In this document: positions 9,712 through 19,321 of the stretch, piece after piece
Layout of the letters: each line of letters opens with the position of its first letter
Position numbering within the stretch: the first letter of the stretch is position 1
Position numbers and translations under genes: made by a program
Notes under the pieces: model-generated
The model's input: only the letters and a program-made list of their open reading frames with translations
Told to the model about the DNA's origin: nothing
Databases searched by the model: none
Assembly (NCBI GenBank): GCA_963656905.1
Contig: CAVKKO010000001.1
Coordinates: 4,476 to 68,475 of the forward strand
Reading direction: 5' to 3'
Origin: Bacteroidaceae bacterium
GTDB lineage: Archaea > Thermoplasmatota > Thermoplasmata > Methanomassiliicoccales > Methanomethylophilaceae
DNA length: 64,000 nt

Positions 9712-10449
9712 TCAGCACCCGTACATCGACACGACGGACGATGCCCTCTGATACGAGCCCCATATCTGGTTGGCCTCTTCCTGCCATGACTTGACCATGT
9801 CCTGCCTGACGTTGCCTAGGTCTCCGCCCTGTCCGACCTTTATGAAGAAGGGCTGTGTCTGCAGTATCTGAACCATCGTCATCAGCGTGCAGAGCCTCTT
9901 GATGGCTTCGGGCGCGGGCTCCTCGCTTCCCCACCTGTACGTGAGCCTCAGCGCATCATAGCGGGGCTGGAACAGGTTGGAGCGTATCTTGAGCCTGCCT
10001 GCCTCGGAATCGGCCCAGAATCTAGGCGTGCAGTCTGCGGAGTCGGAATCGCTGGTGGGAAGGTCTGTCATGTCGCGCCATTGGCCCATGAACGTGCGGA
10101 ACTCTATCTTGTCTCCTTTAGCGGCATCGAAAGCGCGGAGGTCGCGCTCCAACTGTATGGTGTTCCCTCCGCGCAGATAGAAATCCCTCCGCCAGGTGTT
10201 CTCGTCCTTCTCGTACACGTCTATGGAGACGATGCGGTTGACCACGCGGTTCTCGCGCCAAGACCTCATGAGCCTGCGGTCGATTATCTCGCTGTTGGCG
10301 CGTATCATGCGTTCCACCTGCTCGTATGAGGGGTGGCTGGAATCGTCGAACATGAGGGTGCCGAACCCGTTGGACGGGTCGGGCAGGTCCATCGCCTGCG
10401 ACACATCGTCGGGCGAACAGTAAACTTCCGTGCCGCTGGAATCTATCAT
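9712..10449 (-). CDS. Head-tail adaptor
   Basis: YCSPDDV N-terminus and LTYRWGSEEPAPEAIKRLC motif; TATA-like CTTTTATAAA upstream. Confidence 0.7.
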   Translation of the reverse strand: MIDSSGTEVYCSPDDVSQAMDLPDPSNGFGTLMFDDSSHPSYEQVERMIRANSEIIDRRLMRSWRENRVVNRIVSIDVYEKDENTWRRDFYLRGGNTIQLERDLRAFDAAKGDKIEFRTFMGQWRDMTDLPTSDSDSADCTPRFWADSEAGRLKIRSNLFQPRYDALRLTYRWGSEEPAPEAIKRLCTLMTMVQILQTQPFFIKVGQGGDLGNVRQDMVKSWQEEANQIWGSYQRASSVVSMYGC

Positions 10450-10499
10450 ACAGCCATATAAGCGTGGGATTTATAAAAGGTAAGTCGTTTGGGCGCACA

Positions 10500-10703
10500 T
10501 CAATGAATAGCTGATGCGCCTTTGAGGGCGTTGTCGATGACCTCGCGGAACGAGTTGAAATCCTCCTCCGTGAAGGTGAATTCGTGATTCTTCTTCCCGC
10601 CGCCGAACGTCAGCTTGAAGCACTTGTTGCGCGGCTCCTGAGGGTCGATCAGCACACAGATGGTCACGGTGTCGGTGCAATCGCGCTTATTCCTTCCGAA
10701 CAT
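10500..10703 (-). CDS. Hypothetical protein
   Basis: Last gene of the replication operon; protein-like composition. Confidence 0.55.
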   Translation of the reverse strand: MFGRNKRDCTDTVTICVLIDPQEPRNKCFKLTFGGGKKNHEFTFTEEDFNSFREVIDNALKGASAIH

Positions 10704-10993
10704 CGCTCGTCATCCTCGCCTTCGTCATCCTCGTAGTCTTCGGGATGAAAATCCCTGTCGCCCGCCTCCCAGCCTTCTACGAAGACTGAATGGTCGAATA
10801 TGGCTCCCGCAAGACGCTTTGCATCTTCGGGCGTCATAGAGACGGTCAGCACGTTGCCCTCATCCCAGACGTCCCTTAGACACAGGATGTAGTGGCATGC
10901 CTTCTTTCCATTCCATCTCCACCCGCGCCTCGCTTCAAAAATCACGCCCAATTCGCCAAATTTATATTCGTCTGATGAAAATTCTGTGCTCAT
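10664..10993 (-). CDS. Hypothetical protein
   Basis: ATGA overlap with the upstream gene; GAGGTG RBS. Confidence 0.6.
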   Translation of the reverse strand: MSTEFSSDEYKFGELGVIFEARRGWRWNGKKACHYILCLRDVWDEGNVLTVSMTPEDAKRLAGAIFDHSVFVEGWEAGDRDFHPEDYEDDEGEDDERCSEGISAIAPTP

Positions 10994-11289
10994 ATCTTCA
11001 CCTCATTGTCTATCTTATCCAGCACCGCCATGGCATCATCCACAGACCTTACGACGGCGTATATCCCGCCTGCGGCCTCTATCTGCGTCCTACGGAGCTT
11101 CTGCACGTCGCTAAGCCTGCCGACAGGGGTTTTGCCCTCCATGCCGACGAACCTGCCCTTGTAGCAGATTATCATGTCGGGGTCGCCCGGCTTGGCGAAC
11201 GTGCCCTCAGGGACCAGCGACCAGAAGGCTCCGCGCTCCTTCAGGGCTTCACGGATAGCTTTCTTGATACTGGCCTCTGCCTGCGTCAA
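10990..11289 (-). CDS. VRR-NUC / Holliday junction resolvase-type nuclease
   Basis: E...GDPD...FVGMEGKTPVGRLSDVQ PD-(D/E)xK motif. Confidence 0.9.
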   Translation of the reverse strand: MTQAEASIKKAIREALKERGAFWSLVPEGTFAKPGDPDMIICYKGRFVGMEGKTPVGRLSDVQKLRRTQIEAAGGIYAVVRSVDDAMAVLDKIDNEVKI

Positions 11290-11615
11290 TCGTCACCCCC
11301 CATCATGGACATGATGTGCTTTGCCGTCTCTTCCTTGCTCATAGAGCGTATGACGATATCGAACAGGTCTTCGCATCTCTCATTCTGCTCAGACAGGTCC
11401 TTGATGATGCGCGACGGGATGTAGATGCAGACGGACTTGCTGCGACGGCACGTGCGCCTGATGATGGTGGTGTGCTTCTTCGTCCTGCGGTTCCTCAGGA
11501 AAACCCTGAAGTACTCGTTCTCCCCGACGCCCCATAGGTACGGGAGGGTCACATACGGCACGCCTGTCGTCAGGTATTTCACTGTAGTGTTCATGAAGAA
11601 CAGCTCGTAATCCAT
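11286..11615 (-). CDS. Hypothetical protein, possible AbrB-like fold
   Basis: GAGGTG RBS; YVTLP and CIYIP repeats. Confidence 0.5.
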   Translation of the reverse strand: MDYELFFMNTTVKYLTTGVPYVTLPYLWGVGENEYFRVFLRNRRTKKHTTIIRRTCRRSKSVCIYIPSRIIKDLSEQNERCEDLFDIVIRSMSKEETAKHIMSMMGGDD

Positions 11616-11655
11616 TTCGGCACCTCTTTGGATGAGGGGCATGCGCCCCTCGGTT

Positions 11656-12144
11656 TCACTCCTCTGCGGGCTCCTCGACGGCCTCTGCGGACTCGTCATC
11701 GGTCGCGTACTGCTCGATGGACCCGAAAGAGTCCACGATCTCTCTGGTCACAGGCTCGAACTTGTAGACGTTCGGGTAGGTCTTGCCGTTCTTGGCATCA
11801 CGGAGGGTGACCTCTGCCATGACCACGCCGCCGACGATATCTTCAGGGTTGGGGATGCCGATGCACTTTCCTGCGAGCGCGGTCCCCAGCGAGGCGACGG
11901 TTCCCATCTGCTTCCTGTTGGTGAGCTTCGGGGGGATGCTGTCGTCGTTCGCGTCCGCGAAGAAGAACATCAGCGAGAACTCCGCGTCGTTGCTGAGGGA
12001 GTGGAACCTCACCTTGTACCTCGCGTTGTTGCCGTCGTAGGAGGCGTCCAGTATCTGGAGGTACTGGAGGCCTTCCTCGGGCAGTTTGAATTCTCCTCCG
12101 ACGTCCACGTCGCTCAATTCCCATGTGTGCTGTACGAATGCCAT
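11656..12144 (-). CDS. Putative ssDNA-binding protein (DUF669-like)
   Basis: FKLPEEG.Y.L.I, KNGKTYPNV, acidic tail; recombination context. Confidence 0.65.
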   Translation of the reverse strand: MAFVQHTWELSDVDVGGEFKLPEEGLQYLQILDASYDGNNARYKVRFHSLSNDAEFSLMFFFADANDDSIPPKLTNRKQMGTVASLGTALAGKCIGIPNPEDIVGGVVMAEVTLRDAKNGKTYPNVYKFEPVTREIVDSFGSIEQYATDDESAEAVEEPAEE

Positions 12145-12150
12145 TTTTAT

Positions 12151-12516
12151 TCACTCTCCGTCGTTGTCATAAGCGGTTTTGTAGAGTTTGTCCGGAGCAT
12201 CGAGCCCCATGCGGTAAGTGTAGCAGTTGATGAAGTGCGGCTCCACGCCTTTAGGAAGACCTTCAGCCAGGTCTTGGCGGCTCTCGAAGCGGACAGAGTA
12301 GTAGTCTTGGTTGTCCCACCAGATGTGCTTGCCTTCAGCCCATTTCTTCTTATTTTCATGCACAGCCATATTCACCTGGCATGTATAGTGCCTGTCGAAG
12401 AACGAGTTCAAATCATCCGTGCTCTTGTCCATGCTCCACGGGCGGCCAAGATGAGAAGCAATCATTATCTCCTCCCCGCATACGTCGCACCTCATGAACA
12501 TCCTGTTGTTAGCCAT
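12151..12516 (-). CDS. Hypothetical CxxC protein
   Basis: MANNRMFMRCDVCGE...FFDRHYTC. Confidence 0.65.
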   Translation of the reverse strand: MANNRMFMRCDVCGEEIMIASHLGRPWSMDKSTDDLNSFFDRHYTCQVNMAVHENKKKWAEGKHIWWDNQDYYSVRFESRQDLAEGLPKGVEPHFINCYTYRMGLDAPDKLYKTAYDNDGE

Positions 12517-12517
12517 C

Positions 12518-13585
12518 TCAGTTACCCTTCAGCTTGAGGGATGCCACTACGGTCTCTTTGGTGTACTTGGACGGGTCGATGCCGTCCGCTTCCAGCAATG
12601 CCTTGTCGATGGTCCTCCTGACCGATGTGGACAGGCGAGCGGTGCAATTGGGAGCTTCCAGCGTGGACAGGTCGTGGAACTGCATGTACTCCTTGACCTG
12701 CGCCTGCATCGCATCCCTTGCCGACATGAGGTCGTTGTACGACGCTTCCGCGACCTTGACCTTGTAATCCATGTCCGCGAGCTTTGCCAGCTTGCCCTCC
12801 ATGTCCTCGATGGTCGAGGACAGGTTCTCCAAGTGGCTGTACAGCTCCACGTCTCCGGGGTTGTCGGGGTCCATAGGGGGCGTGACGTTGTTCAGGATGT
12901 ACTCGGCGTACCATTCCCTGACCTTGTCCATGCCCTCTCTGACCTCCTCTCTGTTGATTCCCATCTCGAACAGGCTCACGGTGCGCGAGCTGGGCACCCA
13001 CGACTGCGGGTTCGCGTATGTGTTCCGGTCCACGATGCCGAGCCCCACATACGCCATGTTGCGGCGTGTGAGGAACTCGTTGTACAGGGCGACCTGCCAG
13101 AAGTAGTATTCGGGCACGCCGTCTCTGTCGGCCTCTGCCCACGACTCGATGTTGGCGGATGTCTTTATCTCGAGGATGAACTCCTCTGCGGTGTCCCCGC
13201 GCTTGCGCATGACTATCCCATCAACGTGCCCTGCGAACACATCATCCTCGAAATCGGACACCCACGAGTCGTGGTCGCCCTCGCGCTTCTCGAACACCTG
13301 CTCGGCGGCGAGGAACAGCCCGTGCTCGGGGTAGGTCCTGTCCAGGTAGTCTATGACCACAGGCTCCAGGGCCTTCCCCGTCTCCACGGCGGGCTTTCCC
13401 GAGATGTCCTCCCTGCCCAAGCCGAGCAGGGCGCAAGCGACCTGGAAGGGCGAAGACCAGGGGGACAGGCCGAGTATGCCTGCCATGCTGGTCCCCGTGA
13501 CCTTGTTGTGCACCGTCCCATCCGTGCGGACAGCCCCGTCGGATATCTCATAAGAGCAGGTCGGCGCCAGGTACTTGCGTGCCAC
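12518..13585 (-). CDS. YqaJ-like (lambda-type) exonuclease
   Basis: GTSMAGILGLSPW, GKALEP, GHVDG, LEIKT, YYFWQVALY. Confidence 0.9.
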   Translation of the reverse strand: MARKYLAPTCSYEISDGAVRTDGTVHNKVTGTSMAGILGLSPWSSPFQVACALLGLGREDISGKPAVETGKALEPVVIDYLDRTYPEHGLFLAAEQVFEKREGDHDSWVSDFEDDVFAGHVDGIVMRKRGDTAEEFILEIKTSANIESWAEADRDGVPEYYFWQVALYNEFLTRRNMAYVGLGIVDRNTYANPQSWVPSSRTVSLFEMGINREEVREGMDKVREWYAEYILNNVTPPMDPDNPGDVELYSHLENLSSTIEDMEGKLAKLADMDYKVKVAEASYNDLMSARDAMQAQVKEYMQFHDLSTLEAPNCTARLSTSVRRTIDKALLEADGIDPSKYTKETVVASLKLKGN

Positions 13586-14485
13586 TCATACCACCTTGTC
13601 GAACTCGGCGATGAAGTCCACCGCCTGCGCGGAGGTGCCTACGGCGGCCCTGCGGGAGCTCATGTTGTTGTACGCTTCCGTGTCCACCTTGCCCTCCTCG
13701 AGGGCGGCATCCCATGCTTCGGTTATCTTCTTCATGGTGTTCATCTGGATAGGCGTGGGCTTCTTGTCCGTGGAATCCGATGCGACTGGCGCGACAGGCT
13801 TGACCGGGGCCGCAGGCTTCACAGGAGAGACGGGCTTGGCGGGCGCGGCAGGCGCTGCGGGCTTGACCCCCGCATCCAGCACCTTAGACCTCATCTCGAC
13901 CTCCTCTATGGGAGTCCTGGTGAATATCTTGGGCACATCGGGGAGCTCCTGGCTCGCATCGACTGCATCCGGGTCGAACCCCTCGCTGAGCAGGAACGTG
14001 GTGGACAGCCAGCTCTTGAGCGCATATCCCTGCGCCTTGGCGATGGCTTTGTCTCCCGAGTCTCCCGCCTCTCCGAACACCACATACTCCATGCTGGAGC
14101 CTGTGTCCACGTCTATGACGGACATGCACATCGTCAGCGTGACATGCTGCGACATGTTGCCGATGGCGGGCCTGAACTCCAGGTCGGTGAACTGAGGGGC
14201 GATCTCTAGGCCGTGCCTTGAGAACATCGACCCCATCTGCCCCTTCATCTTGTCAATGGACAGGTACGGGTACCACTTGTTCTTGTCCGTTCCTATCTTC
14301 ATGACCCTGTCAGGGGTCCAGTCCAGCTTGGCGACATCCACTCTGACCTTGTTGAGCTTCCTGAGCACGGGCACAGAGTCCATGCACAAGGGGCAGTCGG
14401 GACATCCGTCGCATTCGTCGCATCCGTTCAGCGTATCCAGGATTTCCTGGGCTTCTTCTGTCTTCGCAGTCTTCTTCTCTGCCAT
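13586..14485 (-). CDS. ERF-family ssDNA annealing protein
   Basis: YPYLS, HGL, GEAGDSGDKAIAKAQGYALK; GGAGGTG RBS; Pro/Ala linker. Confidence 0.85.
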   Translation of the reverse strand: MAEKKTAKTEEAQEILDTLNGCDECDGCPDCPLCMDSVPVLRKLNKVRVDVAKLDWTPDRVMKIGTDKNKWYPYLSIDKMKGQMGSMFSRHGLEIAPQFTDLEFRPAIGNMSQHVTLTMCMSVIDVDTGSSMEYVVFGEAGDSGDKAIAKAQGYALKSWLSTTFLLSEGFDPDAVDASQELPDVPKIFTRTPIEEVEMRSKVLDAGVKPAAPAAPAKPVSPVKPAAPVKPVAPVASDSTDKKPTPIQMNTMKKITEAWDAALEEGKVDTEAYNNMSSRRAAVGTSAQAVDFIAEFDKVV

Positions 14486-14551
14486 GAGTGACACCTCCTT
14501 TCGGTGTTGCACCTACATACATTTGATAGTATATATGCATTCCCACGATAA

Positions 14552-15925
14552 TCAGATTGAGTAATCTGCGAGCATCTGGGCGGTCACGTCTACCCCGTTC
14601 AGGACGTCGTGCCAAATCTTCTCTTCCGAGGCTTTCTCGGTGCTCAGGATGATATATCTCGCCTTCTCGGTCTGTCCTTTGCGGTAGATACGGGCACGGG
14701 CCTGCGTCAGCTTCACCACCTTCTGGCAGGGCTCGAACAGCACCATCGTGTGCGACGCGAACAGGTCCAGCCCTTCTCCGCCGGCTTGATACTGGAGGAC
14801 TATCGCATCTGCATCGCCGTACTGGAACTCCATCCAGGTCGGCTCGCCATGGCACCTCCCGTCGAATATGACCGTCTTCCTGCCCATCTCCTCGGCGATA
14901 CGGGCGCATCTGTTCACGGATGCGGTGAAATCGCAGAATATGACCACCTTGTCATCGGTGCCCGCCAGGATGTCCGCCAATGCCGCGTCCTTGGACGTCT
15001 TGAGGAGATGGACCTCCCCGTCGCTGTCCTTGTAATGCCCGGAGACGATCTGGCGGAGCTTTATGGCGAAGCTCCCCGCCACCAGAGGGTCCAGGTTGTA
15101 GTTCTGGACGACCCCCTTCTTGATATCGTCGTAGACCTTCTTCTCGACGAGCTCGCACGGGATGATGGTGTCGGTGAACCCGGGCATGTCCACACAGTCT
15201 TCCAGCCTGGCGAATATGCCGTACCTGCAGATGATGTCTTCGCATTCCTTCTCACGGTACGACTTGGGGTTATGCCACGGGTCCGTCTCCGTGACGAGCT
15301 GATGGCAGAAGTCCGTCCAGTTCCTCCACTGGTGCGGGTTCAGGAACTTTATCTGCCCGAACAGCTTCTGCCAGTCCTTCCCGGAGCCTTTGGCGGACCC
15401 GGACACGGGCGTGCCCGTCATGATGTAGCGGCGCTTAGCGAGCTCTGCCAGCTTCAGGCATGCCTTGGTCTGCCCGCTGCTGTGCCCGCCCAGCCCATGA
15501 GACTCGTCGATGATGATCGCGTCCCAGAACCTGTCGACGAACGGCGCAAGGGCCTTCACCGTCTTGGACTCCGTGGTGCCGTCCTTCTTCATCATGACGC
15601 TCTTCTCAGACTTCCACGTCTTACGGTACGATGTGACTGTGACCGCCTTCTCCAGCGCGGTCACGTCCTCTCTGGTCACATCCTCGAACTGAATCATCTT
15701 GCGTATGGCGGCGTTCCAGTTGCTCACCAGCGAAGCAGGGCATATCACGAGGATGTGTTTCACCTCTCCGCGCCTGAGGGCGCGTATGGCCCATGTGAGG
15801 GCTATAGCCGTCTTGCCCGTTCCCGCTTCGTAAAAGAGCGCCATCGCATCCGTGCTCTCCATGCATGCCACGGCGTACTTCTGATGCCGCATCAGAGGGA
15901 ACTTACTCGTACTCGTCATACTCAT
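14552..15925 (-). CDS. SNF2-like superfamily 2 helicase
   Basis: EAGTGKT, IIIDESH, MTGTP, AGGEGLDL, QARARIYRKGQ. Confidence 0.92.
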   Translation of the reverse strand: MSMTSTSKFPLMRHQKYAVACMESTDAMALFYEAGTGKTAIALTWAIRALRRGEVKHILVICPASLVSNWNAAIRKMIQFEDVTREDVTALEKAVTVTSYRKTWKSEKSVMMKKDGTTESKTVKALAPFVDRFWDAIIIDESHGLGGHSSGQTKACLKLAELAKRRYIMTGTPVSGSAKGSGKDWQKLFGQIKFLNPHQWRNWTDFCHQLVTETDPWHNPKSYREKECEDIICRYGIFARLEDCVDMPGFTDTIIPCELVEKKVYDDIKKGVVQNYNLDPLVAGSFAIKLRQIVSGHYKDSDGEVHLLKTSKDAALADILAGTDDKVVIFCDFTASVNRCARIAEEMGRKTVIFDGRCHGEPTWMEFQYGDADAIVLQYQAGGEGLDLFASHTMVLFEPCQKVVKLTQARARIYRKGQTEKARYIILSTEKASEEKIWHDVLNGVDVTAQMLADYSI

Positions 15926-17582
15926 CCGCGCTCCTGAGGTCCAGCATGCCGCTCTCATAAGCCTCGTCGCAGAACACCCTCGCAGATGTGTTGCCGACGC
16001 CTGTGCGGAACGATTTCTTGCGGGTGTTCAGCCCGAACTCGTTCCTCAGGTACTCGGTGAACTTGCGACGGGAGACGGGCTTGCCGCCCGACTCGCGCAC
16101 ATAGTCCGAGTACACGTAATATTCGTCGGACACCGCCCTGTCGCGCAGCTGCCTTCTGACCTCGGACGGCTCGATGGAGCCGTACATCGCCAGCAGGTAA
16201 TCGTCCATCGGGTCCTGCGCCCTGAACGCCGTGAGCTCCCTCTTCATCTGCTCGGAGGGCTTGAACATGTTGCCCCTCTGCAAGAAATCCAAGTACCCCT
16301 TGAGGGCGCGATTGACCAGCCATGCCTGCGCGTCCTCGGACGTGAGCTTGTCGTAGACCTGGTCGGTCCATTCCTGCTTGGACCTGCAGGGCATGATGTA
16401 CAGCCTTCTCAGCATACCGGAGGACGTGTCGTTGAAGTTGGGAGGGGTGTTGGTGACGAAGAGGAGCTTGGCGGTCGGTATCATGTCGAAGGGCTGGGAG
16501 TTCTTCCTCTGAACGGTTATCTTCTGCCCTTCGGCGAGCTTCTTGATGAGCTGCCCGTCGGCGACGTTCTGACCGAGCTTGACGCCCGCCCCCGTCTCCC
16601 CGCAGACGTTCAGCAGCTTGCCGCACATCTCCGCGGTCGTGAACGTGGCGGATATCTGCGCCAGGTCGAGGTTGGATATGTTGTCCACGCCCATGACCGC
16701 GGTGATAGCGGTCTGAAGCGCGGATTTCCCCGTGTTCCCGGGGCCGTAGATGACGAAGATGGCGGGGATGGTGATGCGCTCCGAGAAGAGCATGTACCCG
16801 ACCATCTCGAAGAAGAAGTCGCGCGTGTCGGGGTCGCGGATTATCCCGGCGTATGCCTTCTCCGCGACGGGGCAGGAATCGACCGACGGACGGTATTCTG
16901 TGCCCAAGATATGCGTGATGAAGAGATGGTGCGTGAACGGGAGGAGCAGGTCCTTGTCCACATTGTAGAGCCCGTTCCTGAACGGGATGAGCGTGCCCTC
17001 GTACCTGTCGTCCTCCAGGAAGGAGTCGGGGCATGGTATGTCATCGGCGGTGGCGTGCAGCTTGACCTGATGGACCAGGTCTCCCAATGCGGTGCGCGTC
17101 AGGAACGACGTTCCGCTCTGGCTTTCGACCGCGCTGTTGATGAGCCTCTGGACCTCCAGGTCGGTAGACTTGCGGTAGATGCATCCGTCGAAGATGTACG
17201 CCTGGTCTCCGTCGTAGACCACCCTTTGGGAGATGCAGTACCTTATGACCTCGCTGCGGTCGAGGACCTGCCCCTTCTCGGTCTCTTTGAAGAACTCGAA
17301 GTCTTCTGTCGTGAGCGTGCACGGCCCGACGTAATGCGCAGATTCATCGATATCCTTGCGCACCACGTCCCTGAGCCTCACATCGCCCTGTTCCAATGCC
17401 CCTTCGAAATCGCCGCGGAGCCTGTCGCACGTCTCCTCGTAAATCTGCTTGCGCTCCTCTTCGAAGCGCTCGAGCATCTCCTCGGGAGGGAACATGTCCA
17501 CGAGCCTGTCTGCGGACCACTTGGGGTCATTGAGGTCGACGGCTTCGCCGTAGGGCGGGATTGAGCTGGTTGTGTTCGTCAT
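15903..17582 (-). CDS. P4/D5-family SF3 helicase
   Basis: IPFRNGLYN (D5_N), Walker A GPGNTGKS, LLFVTN, RRLYI, C-terminal winged helix. Confidence 0.9.
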   Translation of the reverse strand: MTNTTSSIPPYGEAVDLNDPKWSADRLVDMFPPEEMLERFEEERKQIYEETCDRLRGDFEGALEQGDVRLRDVVRKDIDESAHYVGPCTLTTEDFEFFKETEKGQVLDRSEVIRYCISQRVVYDGDQAYIFDGCIYRKSTDLEVQRLINSAVESQSGTSFLTRTALGDLVHQVKLHATADDIPCPDSFLEDDRYEGTLIPFRNGLYNVDKDLLLPFTHHLFITHILGTEYRPSVDSCPVAEKAYAGIIRDPDTRDFFFEMVGYMLFSERITIPAIFVIYGPGNTGKSALQTAITAVMGVDNISNLDLAQISATFTTAEMCGKLLNVCGETGAGVKLGQNVADGQLIKKLAEGQKITVQRKNSQPFDMIPTAKLLFVTNTPPNFNDTSSGMLRRLYIMPCRSKQEWTDQVYDKLTSEDAQAWLVNRALKGYLDFLQRGNMFKPSEQMKRELTAFRAQDPMDDYLLAMYGSIEPSEVRRQLRDRAVSDEYYVYSDYVRESGGKPVSRRKFTEYLRNEFGLNTRKKSFRTGVGNTSARVFCDEAYESGMLDLRSADEYDEYE

Positions 17583-17711
17583 GGGATCACTGCACCTGCA
17601 ACACGCTTGACGATATATAACGATTGCGCGATTTTCGGATTTTGAAAGCCGGGCAGACCATTCTTCAACTGTGTGGTATTTTTGTGGTATCTATGTCTGA
17701 AAGTTCCTACC

Positions 17712-17999
17712 TACGTTTTGGCGACGAGAAGTTTATAATGATTCCGATAAAATCTGAATTGTTTATATTGAAAACAGCTTTGAAAAAATGTGGTACGTAA
17801 AAAATCCGCACTACGCGTAGCGCGCGCGTAATTATTAGGCGCGCGTAATAATACTCGCGTAATAGTACGTGCGTAATAGTTACCCGCGCATTGGCTCCTC
17901 AATAGGTTTTTTGTGTACCACATTTTTTTTAAACTGATTTTTATTTAAAGGACAAGGATTTTTACGAAAGTTATATAAGCAAATCGTTGCCAAAACGTA
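17712..17999. repeat. Degenerate ~95-bp inverted repeat around GCGTAAT iteron-like repeats; candidate replication origin
   Basis: TACGTTTTGGCGACGA...AAAAAATGTGGTAC pairs with GTACCACATTTTTT...TCGTTGCCAAAACGTA; AT-rich; next to the helicase gene. Confidence 0.6.
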
Positions 18000-18234
18000 T
18001 GCCAAAACAAAATGCACATTTTTGTACATTTTTTTTAGGGGTGTTTTTTATTTAAAGAATCGGAATCTTTGCGAAATCATTAAATAAACTTCGTGGTACG
18101 CTTTGATTTTAGGACTATATAGCTTAAAGGTATACCCCATGGGGTATATTTTGAAGAAAAATCAACAATTTCTCATCGATGCCCGATCGGGCCGAGAGCT
18201 AACGATATATATTGTCAGAGTATATCCCTATAGC

Positions 18235-18477
18235 ATGACCAGAGAATCCGCGTTCAGGAAGCTGAAGCACGACATCGACACCGGGGCTGTGAAGGACGGC
18301 TCCGCCCTGCCCCCGAGGTACACGTTCGAGGAGATCGCCTTCCTGTTCTACGAAGGCATCATCTACAGCACGGGCACGCAGTTCCGCGTCGCCACCGACA
18401 TCACGGGAGATTTCTCCAAAGCGGAGCTGCACAGGGGCTCCCTGTTCCCCCGGACCGAGCCCGGCGGCTCCATGTGA
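18235..18477 (+). CDS. Hypothetical protein (80 aa)
   Basis: GC-rich codon usage begins at ATG 18235, about 25 nt after a TATA-like box. Confidence 0.65.
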   Translation: MTRESAFRKLKHDIDTGAVKDGSALPPRYTFEEIAFLFYEGIIYSTGTQFRVATDITGDFSKAELHRGSLFPRTEPGGSM

Positions 18478-18606
18478 CCTTTAAATAGGTTTATATAGAG
18501 CTACCGCTATAGCTGAATGCAGTCGGCGATGGGGATCACTAATTTGTCGCCGACTCTTATCCATATGGCCGGGCCGAATCATGAGATTCCCAGCCTCCTC
18601 TTCTTC

Positions 18607-19227
18607 TCAATCCAGCTCTTTGACTGTGCATCCCTCCGATTCGAGCATCTCCCTCACCATGTCAGGGTCTCCGTCCACAGGCACTATGACCAAGAGCTTC
18701 GTTTCGCCGTTGAAGGCGCCTACGGGCGCGCCGGAGGCGACAGGAGGCTCGGCAGGTGTCTCAGCACCTTCCCACACGGGAAGCTCCTCCATGGGCTCGA
18801 TAGGGGCCAAAGGCTCGAATCCGTAGTTCTCCCAATCGGCGGTGAGACGGGTCATCTCCGTCCTGAGCTTGTCGATGTTCCAGAAGCTCGCCTCGGCTAT
18901 CTTGTTGTCGATGAGCCTGAACTCGTCTATCTGCTGCTGGCTCAATGTGTCGGCGATGATGCAGGGCACGAGGGGGGCCATCTTCTGCCCCTGCTCGCCC
19001 CACTTGCCGCAGTCGCCCTCTTCCAACAGTGCCAGCGCGGCTTTTGTGCGCGTGTGCCCCGCGACGATGACGCCGTCCTTGGAGATGATGACAGGCGACC
19101 AGAAGCCGAAGTCCTTGATGGAGTTCATCAGGTACGGCACGGCGTTATCGTTCTCTCTCGGGTTGTCTTCGTAGGGGACGAGCTCGGAAGGGTGCTTGTA
19201 CACCACCGTCTGCTTCATCTTTTCCAC
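18607..19227 (-). CDS. ParB/Srx N-terminal domain protein
   Basis: LVPYEDNPREN, SIKDFGF, IVAGHTR, FRLIDNK. Confidence 0.9.
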   Translation of the reverse strand: MEKMKQTVVYKHPSELVPYEDNPRENDNAVPYLMNSIKDFGFWSPVIISKDGVIVAGHTRTKAALALLEEGDCGKWGEQGQKMAPLVPCIIADTLSQQQIDEFRLIDNKIAEASFWNIDKLRTEMTRLTADWENYGFEPLAPIEPMEELPVWEGAETPAEPPVASGAPVGAFNGETKLLVIVPVDGDPDMVREMLESEGCTVKELD

Positions 19228-19321
19228 CTCGGAAGCTCAGATCCCTTTCCCTGTTCCGATATGTTGGCCATAGGCATCCTCTTTTCATGTTGCAAGACGT
19301 TCGTCGATTTTATAAGTTGCC

